NCBI GenBank assembly: GCA_965262715.1
Contig: OZ253553.1
Location: forward strand, 992,001-1,056,000
Direction: 5' to 3'
Source of the DNA: Bdellovibrionales bacterium
GTDB taxonomy: Bacteria; Bdellovibrionota; Bdellovibrionia; Bdellovibrionales; JAUICD01
DNA: 64,000 nucleotides
Below the pieces are notes generated by a model. The model was not told the DNA's origin. It ran no database searches and was given only the letters and a program-made list of their open reading frames with translations. The translations under genes and the position numbers were made by a program. Within the stretch, counting starts at the first letter, position 1. Each line of letters opens with the position of its first letter. Below are positions 1 through 9,874 of the stretch, one piece after another.

Positions 1-1125
1 GAGGAGTGATTGCACACAAGTGGTATTTGGACTTTTAGTAGATACAGAAGGTATGCCCTTAGGCTTTGATGTTTATCCTGGGAATACATTTGAAGGTAAA
101 ACAATACCTTCAGTTATGACGAAGCTAAAAAAGAAGTTTAAGATCAGAAGATTTATATTAGTAGGAGATAGAGGTTTATTTTCTAATGAGAATCTCCAAT
201 CATTAAAAGCAAAGGGAGATGAATTTATAGTAGGATTAAAGCTAGGTTTATTAAAGGATCGTCATGCAGAGATATACAATTTAAAGAATTTTAAATTTAT
301 AAATGAAGATTTAGCTATATACGAGACAAGCTATAATAATGATCGTTGTATAATTACCTGGTCGAGAAAGAGAGCAGAACGAGATAAGAAAGTAAGAGAA
401 GATATTCTATCTAAGATAGAAGCTCAATTATCAAAGAAGTCCATAAGCACAAGATCTTTTTTATCTAATAGTAATTATAAGAAGTATATTGTTCATCCTA
501 AGAGTAAAGGCAAGCCTACTTTAAATAAGTCAGCTATAGAACAATCAGAGAGGACAGATGGTTTTTTTGGAATAATTACAAACACAGATTTAAGCTCTGA
601 AGAGATTATAATGAACTATAAGCAATTATGGAAGGTAGAGAATTCATTTAGAGAGTTGAAGGGTACATTAAAGACACGTCCTATGTTCCACTGGACAGAT
701 AAGAGGATATTAGGTCATTTAGTTGTGTGTTTTTTATCTTACTTATGTGAGGCTTATTTTGCAAAGAAGTTACATCAAAGAAACATCACATTAAAAGATA
801 AAGCGATCACAGACAAGAGAATAAAGTCAAGGCCATTGAGTGTAGCGGAAGCTATGTCAAAGCTGAAAGAAGTACGAGCTATACCTGTCAGATATAAAAA
901 CAAAACTATTTGGATAAGAACAGATATTTATGGCAATAACGCTGATGTATTTAAAGCTATAGGAGTTAAGATCCCATCAAAACAACTTAAAATTGAATCT
1001 ACTTAAACCTACAAACAATCTCTTAAATCTCTACCACAAAATCAAAATGTAGTGGTACAAAATCACACATCCACTGTAACTAACTAAAATAACTCAACTT
1101 TATTTTCGCAACTGTCAAACTCAGG
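1..1125 (+). mobile_element. IS1634-family element, right part (5' end outside window)
   Basis: Transposase ORF followed by terminal ...GTCAAACTCAGG at 1114-1125, similar to the CCTGA ends of the two other IS1634-type elements here. Confidence 0.85.
20..1006 (+). CDS. IS1634-family DDE transposase (5'-partial)
   Basis: Motifs GMPLGFDVYPGNTFEGKT, VGDRG, YKQLWKVENSFRELK, RPMFHWT..RI.GH. Confidence 0.9.
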   Translation: MVFGLLVDTEGMPLGFDVYPGNTFEGKTIPSVMTKLKKKFKIRRFILVGDRGLFSNENLQSLKAKGDEFIVGLKLGLLKDRHAEIYNLKNFKFINEDLAIYETSYNNDRCIITWSRKRAERDKKVREDILSKIEAQLSKKSISTRSFLSNSNYKKYIVHPKSKGKPTLNKSAIEQSERTDGFFGIITNTDLSSEEIIMNYKQLWKVENSFRELKGTLKTRPMFHWTDKRILGHLVVCFLSYLCEAYFAKKLHQRNITLKDKAITDKRIKSRPLSVAEAMSKLKEVRAIPVRYKNKTIWIRTDIYGNNADVFKAIGVKIPSKQLKIEST

Positions 1126-1209
1126 ATTTACAATAACTACCAGATAGATGAAAACATAGATGAAAATATTGTTAATAATTTTACCAGATTAATTAGAGAT
1201 CATTCTAAT

Positions 1210-1821
1210 ATGTTTAACTACCTTGCAGAACTTGAAACAGACGATGAGTTTTTATCTTATTTAGAAAAATATTCAGACTTAAAACTTAAGTTTACCGGTC
1301 ATCCTATAGATCCAGATGTTAAGGTGACATTTATTACGAATTCTTCCTCTTACTATAATAAAATTATTCAAGGAAAACCTGCTGTTTGTGATCCATTCAC
1401 TCGCATTATTTTTTTTGACCCTCATTTTTGGAGATCACAGGAAGGTTATGAGAGAACAAGGGAAAGAGTTTTATTCCATGAACTAGGACACTGTGACCTC
1501 TATAGAAATCACAGTTCATTAGAAGACTCTTCTTTTATGCGTGTTAGAGGTCTTGAGACATTGCTAGCTTCTCATCCTACAAATTTAGATGATATTTTTA
1601 ACAATTTATATGAAGAGCTTTTTGCTGAGCGAAATACTATACATATTAAATGCTATACTATAGAGATAGATGAAGATGGTTTAGAAAGAAGAATTACTCC
1701 AAATCATTGTATGCCAAACCAAAACAGAGCTTTCCAAGATTTTAAAGATATAAGTGTTCCAATTTTTCAGCAATTAATTGGGCTATTCTTTCTAAGAAAC
1801 TATAACAGTCGTTCTCTATAG
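1210..1821 (+). CDS. Putative zinc metallopeptidase-like protein (HExxH), probably N-terminally truncated by the IS
   Basis: VLFHELGHC zincin motif; frame stays open upstream to the IS end at 1126. Confidence 0.55.
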   Translation: MFNYLAELETDDEFLSYLEKYSDLKLKFTGHPIDPDVKVTFITNSSSYYNKIIQGKPAVCDPFTRIIFFDPHFWRSQEGYERTRERVLFHELGHCDLYRNHSSLEDSSFMRVRGLETLLASHPTNLDDIFNNLYEELFAERNTIHIKCYTIEIDEDGLERRITPNHCMPNQNRAFQDFKDISVPIFQQLIGLFFLRNYNSRSL

Positions 1822-2055
1822 AAATAGAAAAAATTTAGATGCCAAAATGGAAAGATGGCAGATTTATTCCATTAATTCCCAACACTATAAAATTATATAT
1901 ATCGATTACATAAAAAATAAGAAGTCTTGCAAGTAGCTCTTAAAAACCCTTCTGCTCCTAATTCTCCTATAAGATAATCAGCAATATCTATATGACTTTG
2001 ACTACTTGCATTTAAATATTTACATGCTGTGTTAAAAAAGAGGAATTTACCCTAC

Positions 2056-2835
2056 TTATTTTTGATCTTCAATAGAATCAGAAAGGCTATTTTTGAGAGA
2101 AGAAATACTGCAAATGAGCTCTTTCAACTGATCAATAGCTTTTTGCTGCTGGCAAGATTGAACAAAGGTTTTATGTTCTTTTTTAACTTCTACTTGAAGT
2201 TGTTTTAGAGCTTTCTTAGCACCTTCAATAGAATATTTATCTTCATATAAAAGTTTTTTAATTAATAAGATAGTTGTGACATCTTTTTGAGTGTACATTC
2301 TGCGGTTATTAATAGCTTTTTTGGGCTTTAACTGTTCAAATTCAGATTCCCAATACCTTAAAACATAAGATTTAATTCCTGTTAAATCAGAGACCTCACT
2401 GATTTTAAAAGCCATTCTATCAGGAATTTTCTCTAGGTCTTTAAGGAACTGTACATGATTTTGATCAACCTTTTTAGAAGAAGTCACAGAATATGACCCT
2501 TGGAAAGTAGATAGATCATTTGTTTGAAAGTCATCTTTAGACTTCAAAGCAGTTTCTGTAATAGGGATATTTTCATCAAAAGATATGCTATTCAATGTTG
2601 GAGAAGCTTTGAGAGTATCTGTATCTAAAGCACTTTGAGCATCTCTTATAGGAGCTATTAAAGTGTCTAAAGAGGTAACATCGCTGCTTATAGGGCTTTC
2701 ACTTGGCAAAGAGCTCATATCCAAGTTTGGAGTGATGGCAGATTGAATAGAATCCTTAAAAATCACATCATTGATGTGAAGTAAATCTTTATTTTTTATG
2801 TCATAAATATGATCTTGTGTACTGTCTTTGTCCAA
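2056..2835 (-). CDS. MerR-family transcriptional regulator with long N-terminal extension
   Basis: FKISEVSDLTGIKSYVLRYWESEF...RRMY MerR HTH; conserved pheT-ihfA-merR order. Confidence 0.85.
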   Translation of the reverse strand: MDKDSTQDHIYDIKNKDLLHINDVIFKDSIQSAITPNLDMSSLPSESPISSDVTSLDTLIAPIRDAQSALDTDTLKASPTLNSISFDENIPITETALKSKDDFQTNDLSTFQGSYSVTSSKKVDQNHVQFLKDLEKIPDRMAFKISEVSDLTGIKSYVLRYWESEFEQLKPKKAINNRRMYTQKDVTTILLIKKLLYEDKYSIEGAKKALKQLQVEVKKEHKTFVQSCQQQKAIDQLKELICSISSLKNSLSDSIEDQK

Positions 2836-2902
2836 GTTACTTAAACCACCTCTCTATGATTTTTCGTGCCAGGATTTCATTAAGTGTATTTATTAAAATC
2901 AA

Positions 2903-3214
2903 TCATTTACTATTTAATGTATTTTTAATGACTTGACTTGGCTTAAATGTAAGGACCTTTCTCTGACTGATCTTCATGCGGTTACCTGTTTGAGGGTTAC
3001 GGCCCATTCTTTCCTTCTTTCTTTGTACACTGAATTTACCAAAACCTGAAATTTTGATATTTTCTCCTCTTGTGATAGTTTCTTTTAGAACATCAAAAAT
3101 AACTTCCACATGATCATAGCATTCCTTTTTGGAAAACCCTAGCCTTGAATAGACTTTATCCACAAGATCAGCTTTTGTAATACTGTTCTGAGATGATTTG
3201 TTGTCCGAAGTCAT
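2903..3214 (-). CDS. ihfA: Integration host factor subunit alpha
   Basis: ITKADLVD..., KISGFGKF, R.GRNPQTG, FKPS; directly downstream of pheT. Confidence 0.92.
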   Translation of the reverse strand: MTSDNKSSQNSITKADLVDKVYSRLGFSKKECYDHVEVIFDVLKETITRGENIKISGFGKFSVQRKKERMGRNPQTGNRMKISQRKVLTFKPSQVIKNTLNSK

Positions 3215-3309
3215 AACAGCCTCCTATTTTTATCCTCAAACCCCTAATATTCTTTACTAATATATAGGTATAAGCAAGAACATTCAATAAAAATTTATAA
3301 AAATAACAC

Positions 3310-5832
3310 CTATGTTCTCAATTGAGCATCAAATTTTTGCTCTAAAGATTTTATAATGTTTGTTTGAATTTGATTAACTTCTTCCTCTTCGAGTGTTGTT
3401 TTCTTTTTCTGGTAGAGTAGACGGAATGTCAATGATTTCTTATTAGGAATTTTAGCATCCTTATAGACGTCAAAGAGATTTGTCGATAATAAACATTTAT
3501 TTGCTGTTTTAGAAATTAATTCCAAAATAACTCCTACCTCAATGTTTTCATCAACTAGAATAGAGATATCCCTTTCTACAGAAGGAAATCGAGAGAATTC
3601 CTTAGATTTTAATTTTCTGGGGAAATTAGCTAGCAAACGGTCAAGATTTAATTCTACAGCGACAGCTTCTAGGGTGACTTTGTATTGCTTTAAAATCTTA
3701 GGATGCATGGTACCTATATAACCCACATTTTTCCCCTCGCAAAAAAGAAGGGCTGCTTGACCAGGATGTAAGAAATCAGGCGCAATATCTACTGTTTTCC
3801 ATTGATAAGAAGTGATATTTAAGGCTTTTAAAATATGGGTTATATGTTGCTTGACTTCTAATACAAGTGGGGCGTGGTTTTTTTGCCAAACGGATAAAGG
3901 ATGACCCCAAGCCATAAAGCCTAAGTGCCATTTTTCATCATAATTTTCTTTCTTTTCAGTTTCTTCCCTATTGAAATTTTGAAAAGTGGAACCTATCTCA
4001 TAAATACGGCCGTAATTTATTTTATGGTGGCAATTATGGGCAAGCACATTCACAAGCCCAGGAAGTAGGCTCTGCCTCATAATATTTAACTCTTGACTGA
4101 GTGGGTTGGATAATGATACGGGGCTATCAGAAATATCAAGGCCAGCTTTTATCAATGATTGATATTGCCCTAGGAGCCTTTTTTGTATCTCTGAATGACA
4201 AAAAGCTAAGGAAACAGTCTGTTGATATCCTTGCCGTCTGACTAAATCATTAACGCGCTTTTGAAGTAGGTAGATTTTTGTATGAGGTTGAACATGAGAA
4301 TTTGTCAATATCCTACCATTTGGTATTTTGTGATAACCCTCAAGCCTTGCAATCTCTTCTATCAAGTCTTCTTTAATAAAAATATCTTGTCGATAAGTGG
4401 GGGGAGTGACTGTTAATAGGTTTGTGTTTTCTTCTTTTAATTGAGATTGACAACCTAAGCTTTTCAGTAAGCCAACATTCATAGGATCTAAGTTGCTATC
4501 CTCTCTGCCAAAGTGAACTTTGCACCCTAAGCTTTTTAACAGAGAATAACAACGATGAGTATCAATTGAATAACCTAAACGGGCAGATACATCCTCTATA
4601 TCCAAAAGGATTTGGGGTCTTGTGATAGGCTGAGGATAAAAATCATAGAAGGTTTCTTGCACCTGACCACCTGCCACCTCTTTTATTAAATGGCAAGCAC
4701 GGTTCATCGCTAGCAAGGTTGTGTCAGGGTCAACGCCCCGAGTAAATCTGTAAGAGGATTCTGTTTCAATGCCAAGTTTTTTAGAAGTACGTCTTATCTG
4801 ATCAGCTCTAAAAACAGCTGATTCAATGAAAACATCCACTGTATCTTGATAAACGCCTGAGTTTTTCCCTCCAACAATACCAGCTAATGCCAAAGGTTTT
4901 TGAGTGTCTCTGATCATTGTCTCTGTTCCGTCTAACTTTACCTCTGTACCATCTAAGGTTATGAATGACTCTTGAGGTTTGGCTAGATCTACATGTATCT
5001 GTTTGCCTTCAATAGAGCGTATATCAAAAGCATGTAAGGGCTGTCCTAGCTCTAACATCACAAAGTTTGTGACATCCACTATGTTGTTGATAGAAGATGA
5101 ACCTACAGACTCAAGGCATCTTACTAACCAAGACGGACTTTGCTTAACTTGAACTCCTGTAATGACTCTTCCCGCATAACGGGTCTCCTTTTGTGAGATA
5201 GTCACTGATATAGTAGGTGTTTTGATAGGTTTTGTTTGAAAAGAAACAGTAGGTGGTTTGTAGTTTGTATTTAGTAGAGTGGCAAGCTCCCTTGCTAAAC
5301 CCAGATGGCTTAAACAATCAGCGCGGTTAGAAGTTACATTGATGTCCAATACCACATCATCTAAACCCATATATTTAGCAAAACTAGAACCTAAAGGGGC
5401 ATCCTTTGGTAAAATCATAATGCCTTCTGACTTGTCTTTAAGCCCAAGTTCCTCTTCAGAACAGAGCATTCCATTAGATTGTTGACCTTTGATGAAAGCA
5501 GGCTTGATCTCAAGTCCATTTGGTAAAATAGCACCTGGCATAGCCAAAACTACCTTATCTCCTTGGCGGTGATTTGTAGCTCCACAAACAATGTGATGGA
5601 TGTTATTTTTTATATCAGTAGATGTGACCACATGACAAAGTGTGAGCCGGTCTGCCATGGGATGCTTTGTGAGTTGATCAATTTGTCCAATTACAGTGTC
5701 TTTGTAACTTTTTGCTTTATCATCAGCCTGTTCAACCTCTAAACCTGCAGAGGTAAGCACTTTGATGAGGTCTTCTGTCTTGTGTTTTTCTAGATTAATA
5801 TATTTGAATAACCAATTAAGTGATATTTTCAA
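3310..5832 (-). CDS. pheT: Phenylalanyl-tRNA synthetase beta subunit
   Basis: MKISLNWL, IVCGATN, GMLCSEEELG, NRADCLSHLGLARE, GQPLHAFD, C-terminal FDX-ACB domain. Confidence 0.98.
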   Translation of the reverse strand: MKISLNWLFKYINLEKHKTEDLIKVLTSAGLEVEQADDKAKSYKDTVIGQIDQLTKHPMADRLTLCHVVTSTDIKNNIHHIVCGATNHRQGDKVVLAMPGAILPNGLEIKPAFIKGQQSNGMLCSEEELGLKDKSEGIMILPKDAPLGSSFAKYMGLDDVVLDINVTSNRADCLSHLGLARELATLLNTNYKPPTVSFQTKPIKTPTISVTISQKETRYAGRVITGVQVKQSPSWLVRCLESVGSSSINNIVDVTNFVMLELGQPLHAFDIRSIEGKQIHVDLAKPQESFITLDGTEVKLDGTETMIRDTQKPLALAGIVGGKNSGVYQDTVDVFIESAVFRADQIRRTSKKLGIETESSYRFTRGVDPDTTLLAMNRACHLIKEVAGGQVQETFYDFYPQPITRPQILLDIEDVSARLGYSIDTHRCYSLLKSLGCKVHFGREDSNLDPMNVGLLKSLGCQSQLKEENTNLLTVTPPTYRQDIFIKEDLIEEIARLEGYHKIPNGRILTNSHVQPHTKIYLLQKRVNDLVRRQGYQQTVSLAFCHSEIQKRLLGQYQSLIKAGLDISDSPVSLSNPLSQELNIMRQSLLPGLVNVLAHNCHHKINYGRIYEIGSTFQNFNREETEKKENYDEKWHLGFMAWGHPLSVWQKNHAPLVLEVKQHITHILKALNITSYQWKTVDIAPDFLHPGQAALLFCEGKNVGYIGTMHPKILKQYKVTLEAVAVELNLDRLLANFPRKLKSKEFSRFPSVERDISILVDENIEVGVILELISKTANKCLLSTNLFDVYKDAKIPNKKSLTFRLLYQKKKTTLEEEEVNQIQTNIIKSLEQKFDAQLRT

Positions 5833-5844
5833 AATAGCTCCTGT

Positions 5845-6780
5845 TTAACTCAATGCATCTTCTGATTTCCAAACAAAATCACTTGCTTCATAAGATTGAA
5901 GAATTTGATAACATCTTGTTTTAATAAATTCAAATAATTCTCCTTCTATTGAAAAATCCAATTGGGTGATAATATTTGCCCTTTTGTCTAAACTCAAATC
6001 TGTCCAATGATTTTTATTTTTTATTTGATCATCATATACAATGACACCATATCCTCCTCGATCCCTAAGTAGAGATAAAGCTGGAATATCTGTAGGGCCA
6101 TCACCTATGTAAAGCATATCAAAATACTGTGACCAAAGCTTGGAAGATTGTATTCGTTTATTAACTCTGATACTTGGGTCTTTAAAAGTTCCTTTTGATA
6201 TTTCAAAAATAGATCTGGTTTTCATAGTCTCATCCATACAAAAAATAGGAATGCTCACATGCCGATCATTTGAGTCTAATGTAACTTGATACCTGCATCC
6301 AAATATAAAAGTAATTAGGTTTTCAGGAAATATTTCCGTGATTAAATCCTTTAGGCCTGCAGATATGACAAAGTGATGAATCTTTATTCCAGCTTCTTTA
6401 AATCTAGAACATCTTTCTATACCTTTTATTGCTTGTAAACAAGGAATGACGTTAGGGTAAAGTTTGATTTCAGGTTTAACAAATTTTACAAAAAACTCTC
6501 GATTCAAAGGAATATTTTGAGTATATGCTAATTGAGATAATGAATACATCCAAATTGGAGCATCAGATGCTAATACACGCTCTATCTCTACATCTTGATT
6601 ATTACCTTTAATTTTTTGAACATTTAACCAAAAATTTTTAATATATTCTTTTTTTCTCTTTCCTTTTGAAAGAACTTTTATTGTTTGACTGGTTGAGTCA
6701 ACATAATTGCCACTAGAGTCTTTATTGGGAGCAAGAGTTCCATCAAAATCCCATAAAATAGAGATATTGCGTTCTATCAT
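5845..6780 (-). CDS. HAD-superfamily hydrolase
   Basis: WDFDGTL motif I, ISAG motif II, YIGDGPTDIPA motif IV. Confidence 0.8.
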   Translation of the reverse strand: MIERNISILWDFDGTLAPNKDSSGNYVDSTSQTIKVLSKGKRKKEYIKNFWLNVQKIKGNNQDVEIERVLASDAPIWMYSLSQLAYTQNIPLNREFFVKFVKPEIKLYPNVIPCLQAIKGIERCSRFKEAGIKIHHFVISAGLKDLITEIFPENLITFIFGCRYQVTLDSNDRHVSIPIFCMDETMKTRSIFEISKGTFKDPSIRVNKRIQSSKLWSQYFDMLYIGDGPTDIPALSLLRDRGGYGVIVYDDQIKNKNHWTDLSLDKRANIITQLDFSIEGELFEFIKTRCYQILQSYEASDFVWKSEDALS

Positions 6781-6942
6781 TTATTTAAGCTTTCTTGCAG
6801 CAGAACGAAGACCATCTTCTTTATAGTTAGAAAGTTTTATATGACCCTTTTTACTAAATTCATAAGTATCAAAATCCAGAGATTTTTTGGATGATCTCCT
6901 ACCTTTGACTTGAGACTTTTTAGTTTTTTTGACATTTCCCAT
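6781..6942 (-). CDS. Small basic hypothetical protein abutting the HAD gene
   Basis: GAGGAG RBS before ATG at 6942; stop codon immediately precedes the HAD ATG. Confidence 0.45.
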   Translation of the reverse strand: MGNVKKTKKSQVKGRRSSKKSLDFDTYEFSKKGHIKLSNYKEDGLRSAARKLK

Positions 6943-6986
6943 GTAATTTCTCCTCATAAATACAATTAAATATATCAATTTTTAAT

Positions 6987-7227
6987 TAGAACTCATCTCA
7001 AAATTAATTCTAATGTCCACGTTTTCAAAACGACCTCTTAACTTAAGTACCACATAAAAGGACTGTTTCACTCAAAATGGACCCTTCCGGCTTTCCGTAG
7101 AGCCACTATCGTGGCTCTCGTCAAGTCTGTCCATTTTGAGTAAGAAGCCATCTTTAGTTACGTTATGTTTTATATTTTGCAATTTCGTATTATTTACTGC
7201 TATCATGTATTTTTGAGATGGCTTCTA
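6987..7227. mobile_element. MITE-like element with 17-bp imperfect terminal inverted repeats, carrying a structured palindromic core (7065-7153)
   Basis: TAGAACTCATCTCAAAA ... TTTTGAGATGGCTTCTA; same ends at 41967-42297. Confidence 0.7.
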
Positions 7228-7315
7228 AATAATAATGCAAAAAAAATCTACACTTTGATGATTATGAATCATACTGTAATATTTGATAAAACTCAATAAT
7301 TTTAAATCACAATCC

Positions 7316-8380
7316 TTAGTAAAATGGCTCTAAAAAGCGTAGGTCATTTTCGAAGAAAAGGCGAATATCTTGAACTCTATATTTTAGGATGGCCATTCTT
7401 TCTATCCCCATTCCAAAGGCAAATCCTTGCCATCCCTGAGGATCAATAGAGCACTGCTTTAAAACATTAGGATGTACAAGTCCACAACCTGCGATTTCAA
7501 CCCAGCCTGTTTGGCCACACATACGACAACCTTTACCAGCGCAAAGTTGACAAGAGCAATCTACTTCTGCTGATGGTTCTGTAAAAGGGAAAAAGCTAGG
7601 CCGAAATTGTATCTTAGCGTCTCTTCCAAAAAATTCTTTTGCAAAAAAATCTAAAGTACCCTTTAAATGCGCCATTGAGACATCTTTATCTACAACTAAA
7701 CCTTCTAATTGATGAAACATAGGGCTATGAGAGATGTCACTATCTCTACGAAATACACTTCCAGGCCCTAAAATATAGAAAGGAGGCTTTAAAGATTTAT
7801 CTCTCATAGTACGTATTTGGATAGAGCTGGTATGTGGTCTTAGTACATACTGTTTATGCCCTGAGTCTTCGATATAAAACGTATCTTGCATATCTCGTGC
7901 AGGATGCTGTGGAGGAATATTTAATGCTGTAAAGCAGTTTTCATCAGTATCTATCATAGGGCCATATTGGACACAGTAACCTAAGCGGTTAAAAATATCG
8001 ATAATTTCGTTCATAGCTTTTTCAATAGGATGCTGCCCACCAATTTCTTGTGGAGGTCCGGGAGTTGTCATGTCTATTCGAGATGATTTGAGTTTTTGAT
8101 TGAGCTCTTTCTCTTGTAGTTTTTCATTACATTGCTCATAGAATAGTTCCATGTCTTTTTTAGCTTGATTGATAGAGCGACCTAAAAGTGGGCGGTCTTC
8201 TTGAGAGCAACCTTTTAAGTGCTTCATAATGTCAGAGATAAGACCCTGACGGCCCAAAAACTTAACCTTTACTTCATACAAATTTAAAGAAGATATAGCT
8301 TTTTTAAACTCTTTGAGAGCTTGTTTTTTTAGGTTATCGACTTTATCTTGCAATTGTTGTGAGTGCTTATCTTGGATCAC
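7316..8380 (-). CDS. pheS: Phenylalanyl-tRNA synthetase alpha subunit
   Basis: HPARDMQDTFY, LRPHTS, FHQLEG, FRPSFFPFTEPSAEVD, GFAFGMGIER. Confidence 0.98.
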   Translation of the reverse strand: MIQDKHSQQLQDKVDNLKKQALKEFKKAISSLNLYEVKVKFLGRQGLISDIMKHLKGCSQEDRPLLGRSINQAKKDMELFYEQCNEKLQEKELNQKLKSSRIDMTTPGPPQEIGGQHPIEKAMNEIIDIFNRLGYCVQYGPMIDTDENCFTALNIPPQHPARDMQDTFYIEDSGHKQYVLRPHTSSIQIRTMRDKSLKPPFYILGPGSVFRRDSDISHSPMFHQLEGLVVDKDVSMAHLKGTLDFFAKEFFGRDAKIQFRPSFFPFTEPSAEVDCSCQLCAGKGCRMCGQTGWVEIAGCGLVHPNVLKQCSIDPQGWQGFAFGMGIERMAILKYRVQDIRLFFENDLRFLEPFY

Positions 8381-8471
8381 GAAGCTTTTCCTTATAATTG
8401 ATTTTTCTCGTAATTACCTTTGTTCTTTTAACTACCATATATAATGAAAAAAGCAATGACTAATATATAGA

Positions 8472-8548
8472 TGGAGCTGGCAATAGGAATCGAACCTACA
8501 ACCTGCTGATTACAAATCAGCTGCTCTGCCAGATTGAGCTATGCCAGC
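8472..8548 (-). tRNA. tRNA-Thr(TGT)
   Basis: Reverse complement GCTGGCATAGCTCAATCTGGCAGAGCAGCTGATTTGTAATCAGCAGGTTGTAGGTTCGATTCCTATTGCCAGCTCCA folds as cloverleaf with encoded CCA. Confidence 0.96.
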
Positions 8549-8705
8549 TTTTGATGTGATGTATATCCAAACTTTATTATCTGTTAAAACCTCTCATCAG
8601 TCAATGGCACTTTCATCTTACAAATAAGAATTTTTGCTTAAGACTTGGAAGTTGAATACAACTTACAAGAGTATTCCTTATAAAATATTTTTTTAAATGC
8701 ACATA

Positions 8706-8801
8706 AAATCCGGATTCGAGTGATTAAAATCCGGACATGACCTCAATTTTATAATTTAAAACCCACTTTTATCATCATTTTAACATGGCATGTATCTTGC
8801 T
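8706..8801 (+). promoter_or_regulatory. Sigma-54-type promoter (8786-8801) with upstream paired AAATCCGGA sites
   Basis: TGGCATGTATCTTGCT = GG-N10-GC; two TCCGGA palindromes upstream; repeated before the other full-length Rpn genes. Confidence 0.7.
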
Positions 8802-8909
8802 ATATCTTTATCGAGAAGTTTCATAGAAATACTCTAGTTCTACTTGAACTTTGATATTGAGGATTGGAGTTTTTTTGAAATACATGAATTCTGTAAGGGG
8901 TGCATACCA

Positions 8910-9866
8910 ATGACGAAACATCCTCATGATATATTTTTCAGGAGTTTTTTTTCTTCTGTTGAAAGAATAGAGAGATTGCTAAAGACAATATTACCTAAAG
9001 ATATTTTGAGTCTTTTTGATTTGTCTACATTAAAGATGGAGCCTAGCGTTATTGTTAAAAAATCAGAGATTAGGGTAGATATGGTATTAAGTATAATGCT
9101 TAAGAACTCTAAGAACAAAGTTAAGGTTATTTTAATTTTAGATCACAAAAGTTGGCCAGATAAGAATGTGATACAGCAATTACAAAAATATCAATTAATG
9201 ATAGTTAATGAATATTGTAAGAGTGAAGTTCTACATCCAGTACTTTGCATAATTTTTTATCATGGTGGTAAGAGATGGAAGAATCCCTCTTCTTTGCATG
9301 AAGATTGGGTATCTAGAGGTCTTTTTTCAAAAGAAGATTTTAAGAAACTTTCACCGTATCTTATGAATTTTAGACCTTATGTGTTTGACTTGTCCAAGTT
9401 TGATATACCAAAACGAGCTATGGATAGTATGAAGTCAATTCTATATGCATTTGAAGATATTTGGTCTTTAAGGAAGTGTAAGAATAGAAAAGAGAGAAAA
9501 GCAGTATTACGTAAAACTTTATTATCAGTAAAAAAAGACTTAAAATATGAGTCAAAACAGTATAGAATGGATGTGTTATTAGCTATAAAGCAATATTTTA
9601 TGAGTTACGACTCACAGATAGATGAAGATTTATTTAAGGAGGCTTCAAAAGAGGTCACAGAAGAATTAGGAGGAGACAATATGGTAGACGAGCTTGATTT
9701 TACTATGGCAGGTGTAATACAAAAAAAGGTGAAAGAGCAGGTACAGGAAAGCCAAAAAAAGATCACATTGAAGTTACTTAAGGCTGATATGAGTGTAGAA
9801 AAGGTATCTGAGATCACCGGTCTTTCAAAGCAGGAAATTCGAAAGTTTCAAGAAGATGATAGTTAG
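8910..9866 (+). CDS. Rpn-family (YhgA-like, PD-(D/E)XK) recombination-promoting nuclease / putative transposase
   Basis: MTKHPHDIFFR, RVDMVL, ILDHKS, IIFYHG, C-terminal VEKVSEITGLS; ATG 8910 has AAGGGG RBS (ORF track starts 8844). Confidence 0.88.
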   Translation: MTKHPHDIFFRSFFSSVERIERLLKTILPKDILSLFDLSTLKMEPSVIVKKSEIRVDMVLSIMLKNSKNKVKVILILDHKSWPDKNVIQQLQKYQLMIVNEYCKSEVLHPVLCIIFYHGGKRWKNPSSLHEDWVSRGLFSKEDFKKLSPYLMNFRPYVFDLSKFDIPKRAMDSMKSILYAFEDIWSLRKCKNRKERKAVLRKTLLSVKKDLKYESKQYRMDVLLAIKQYFMSYDSQIDEDLFKEASKEVTEELGGDNMVDELDFTMAGVIQKKVKEQVQESQKKITLKLLKADMSVEKVSEITGLSKQEIRKFQEDDS

Positions 9867-9874
9867 AGGATATT

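Noticed and set aside
2856..2872. Sigma-54 promoter before merR (TGGCACG on minus strand)
   Set aside because: The -12 GC is missing (TGGCACGAAAAATCAT)
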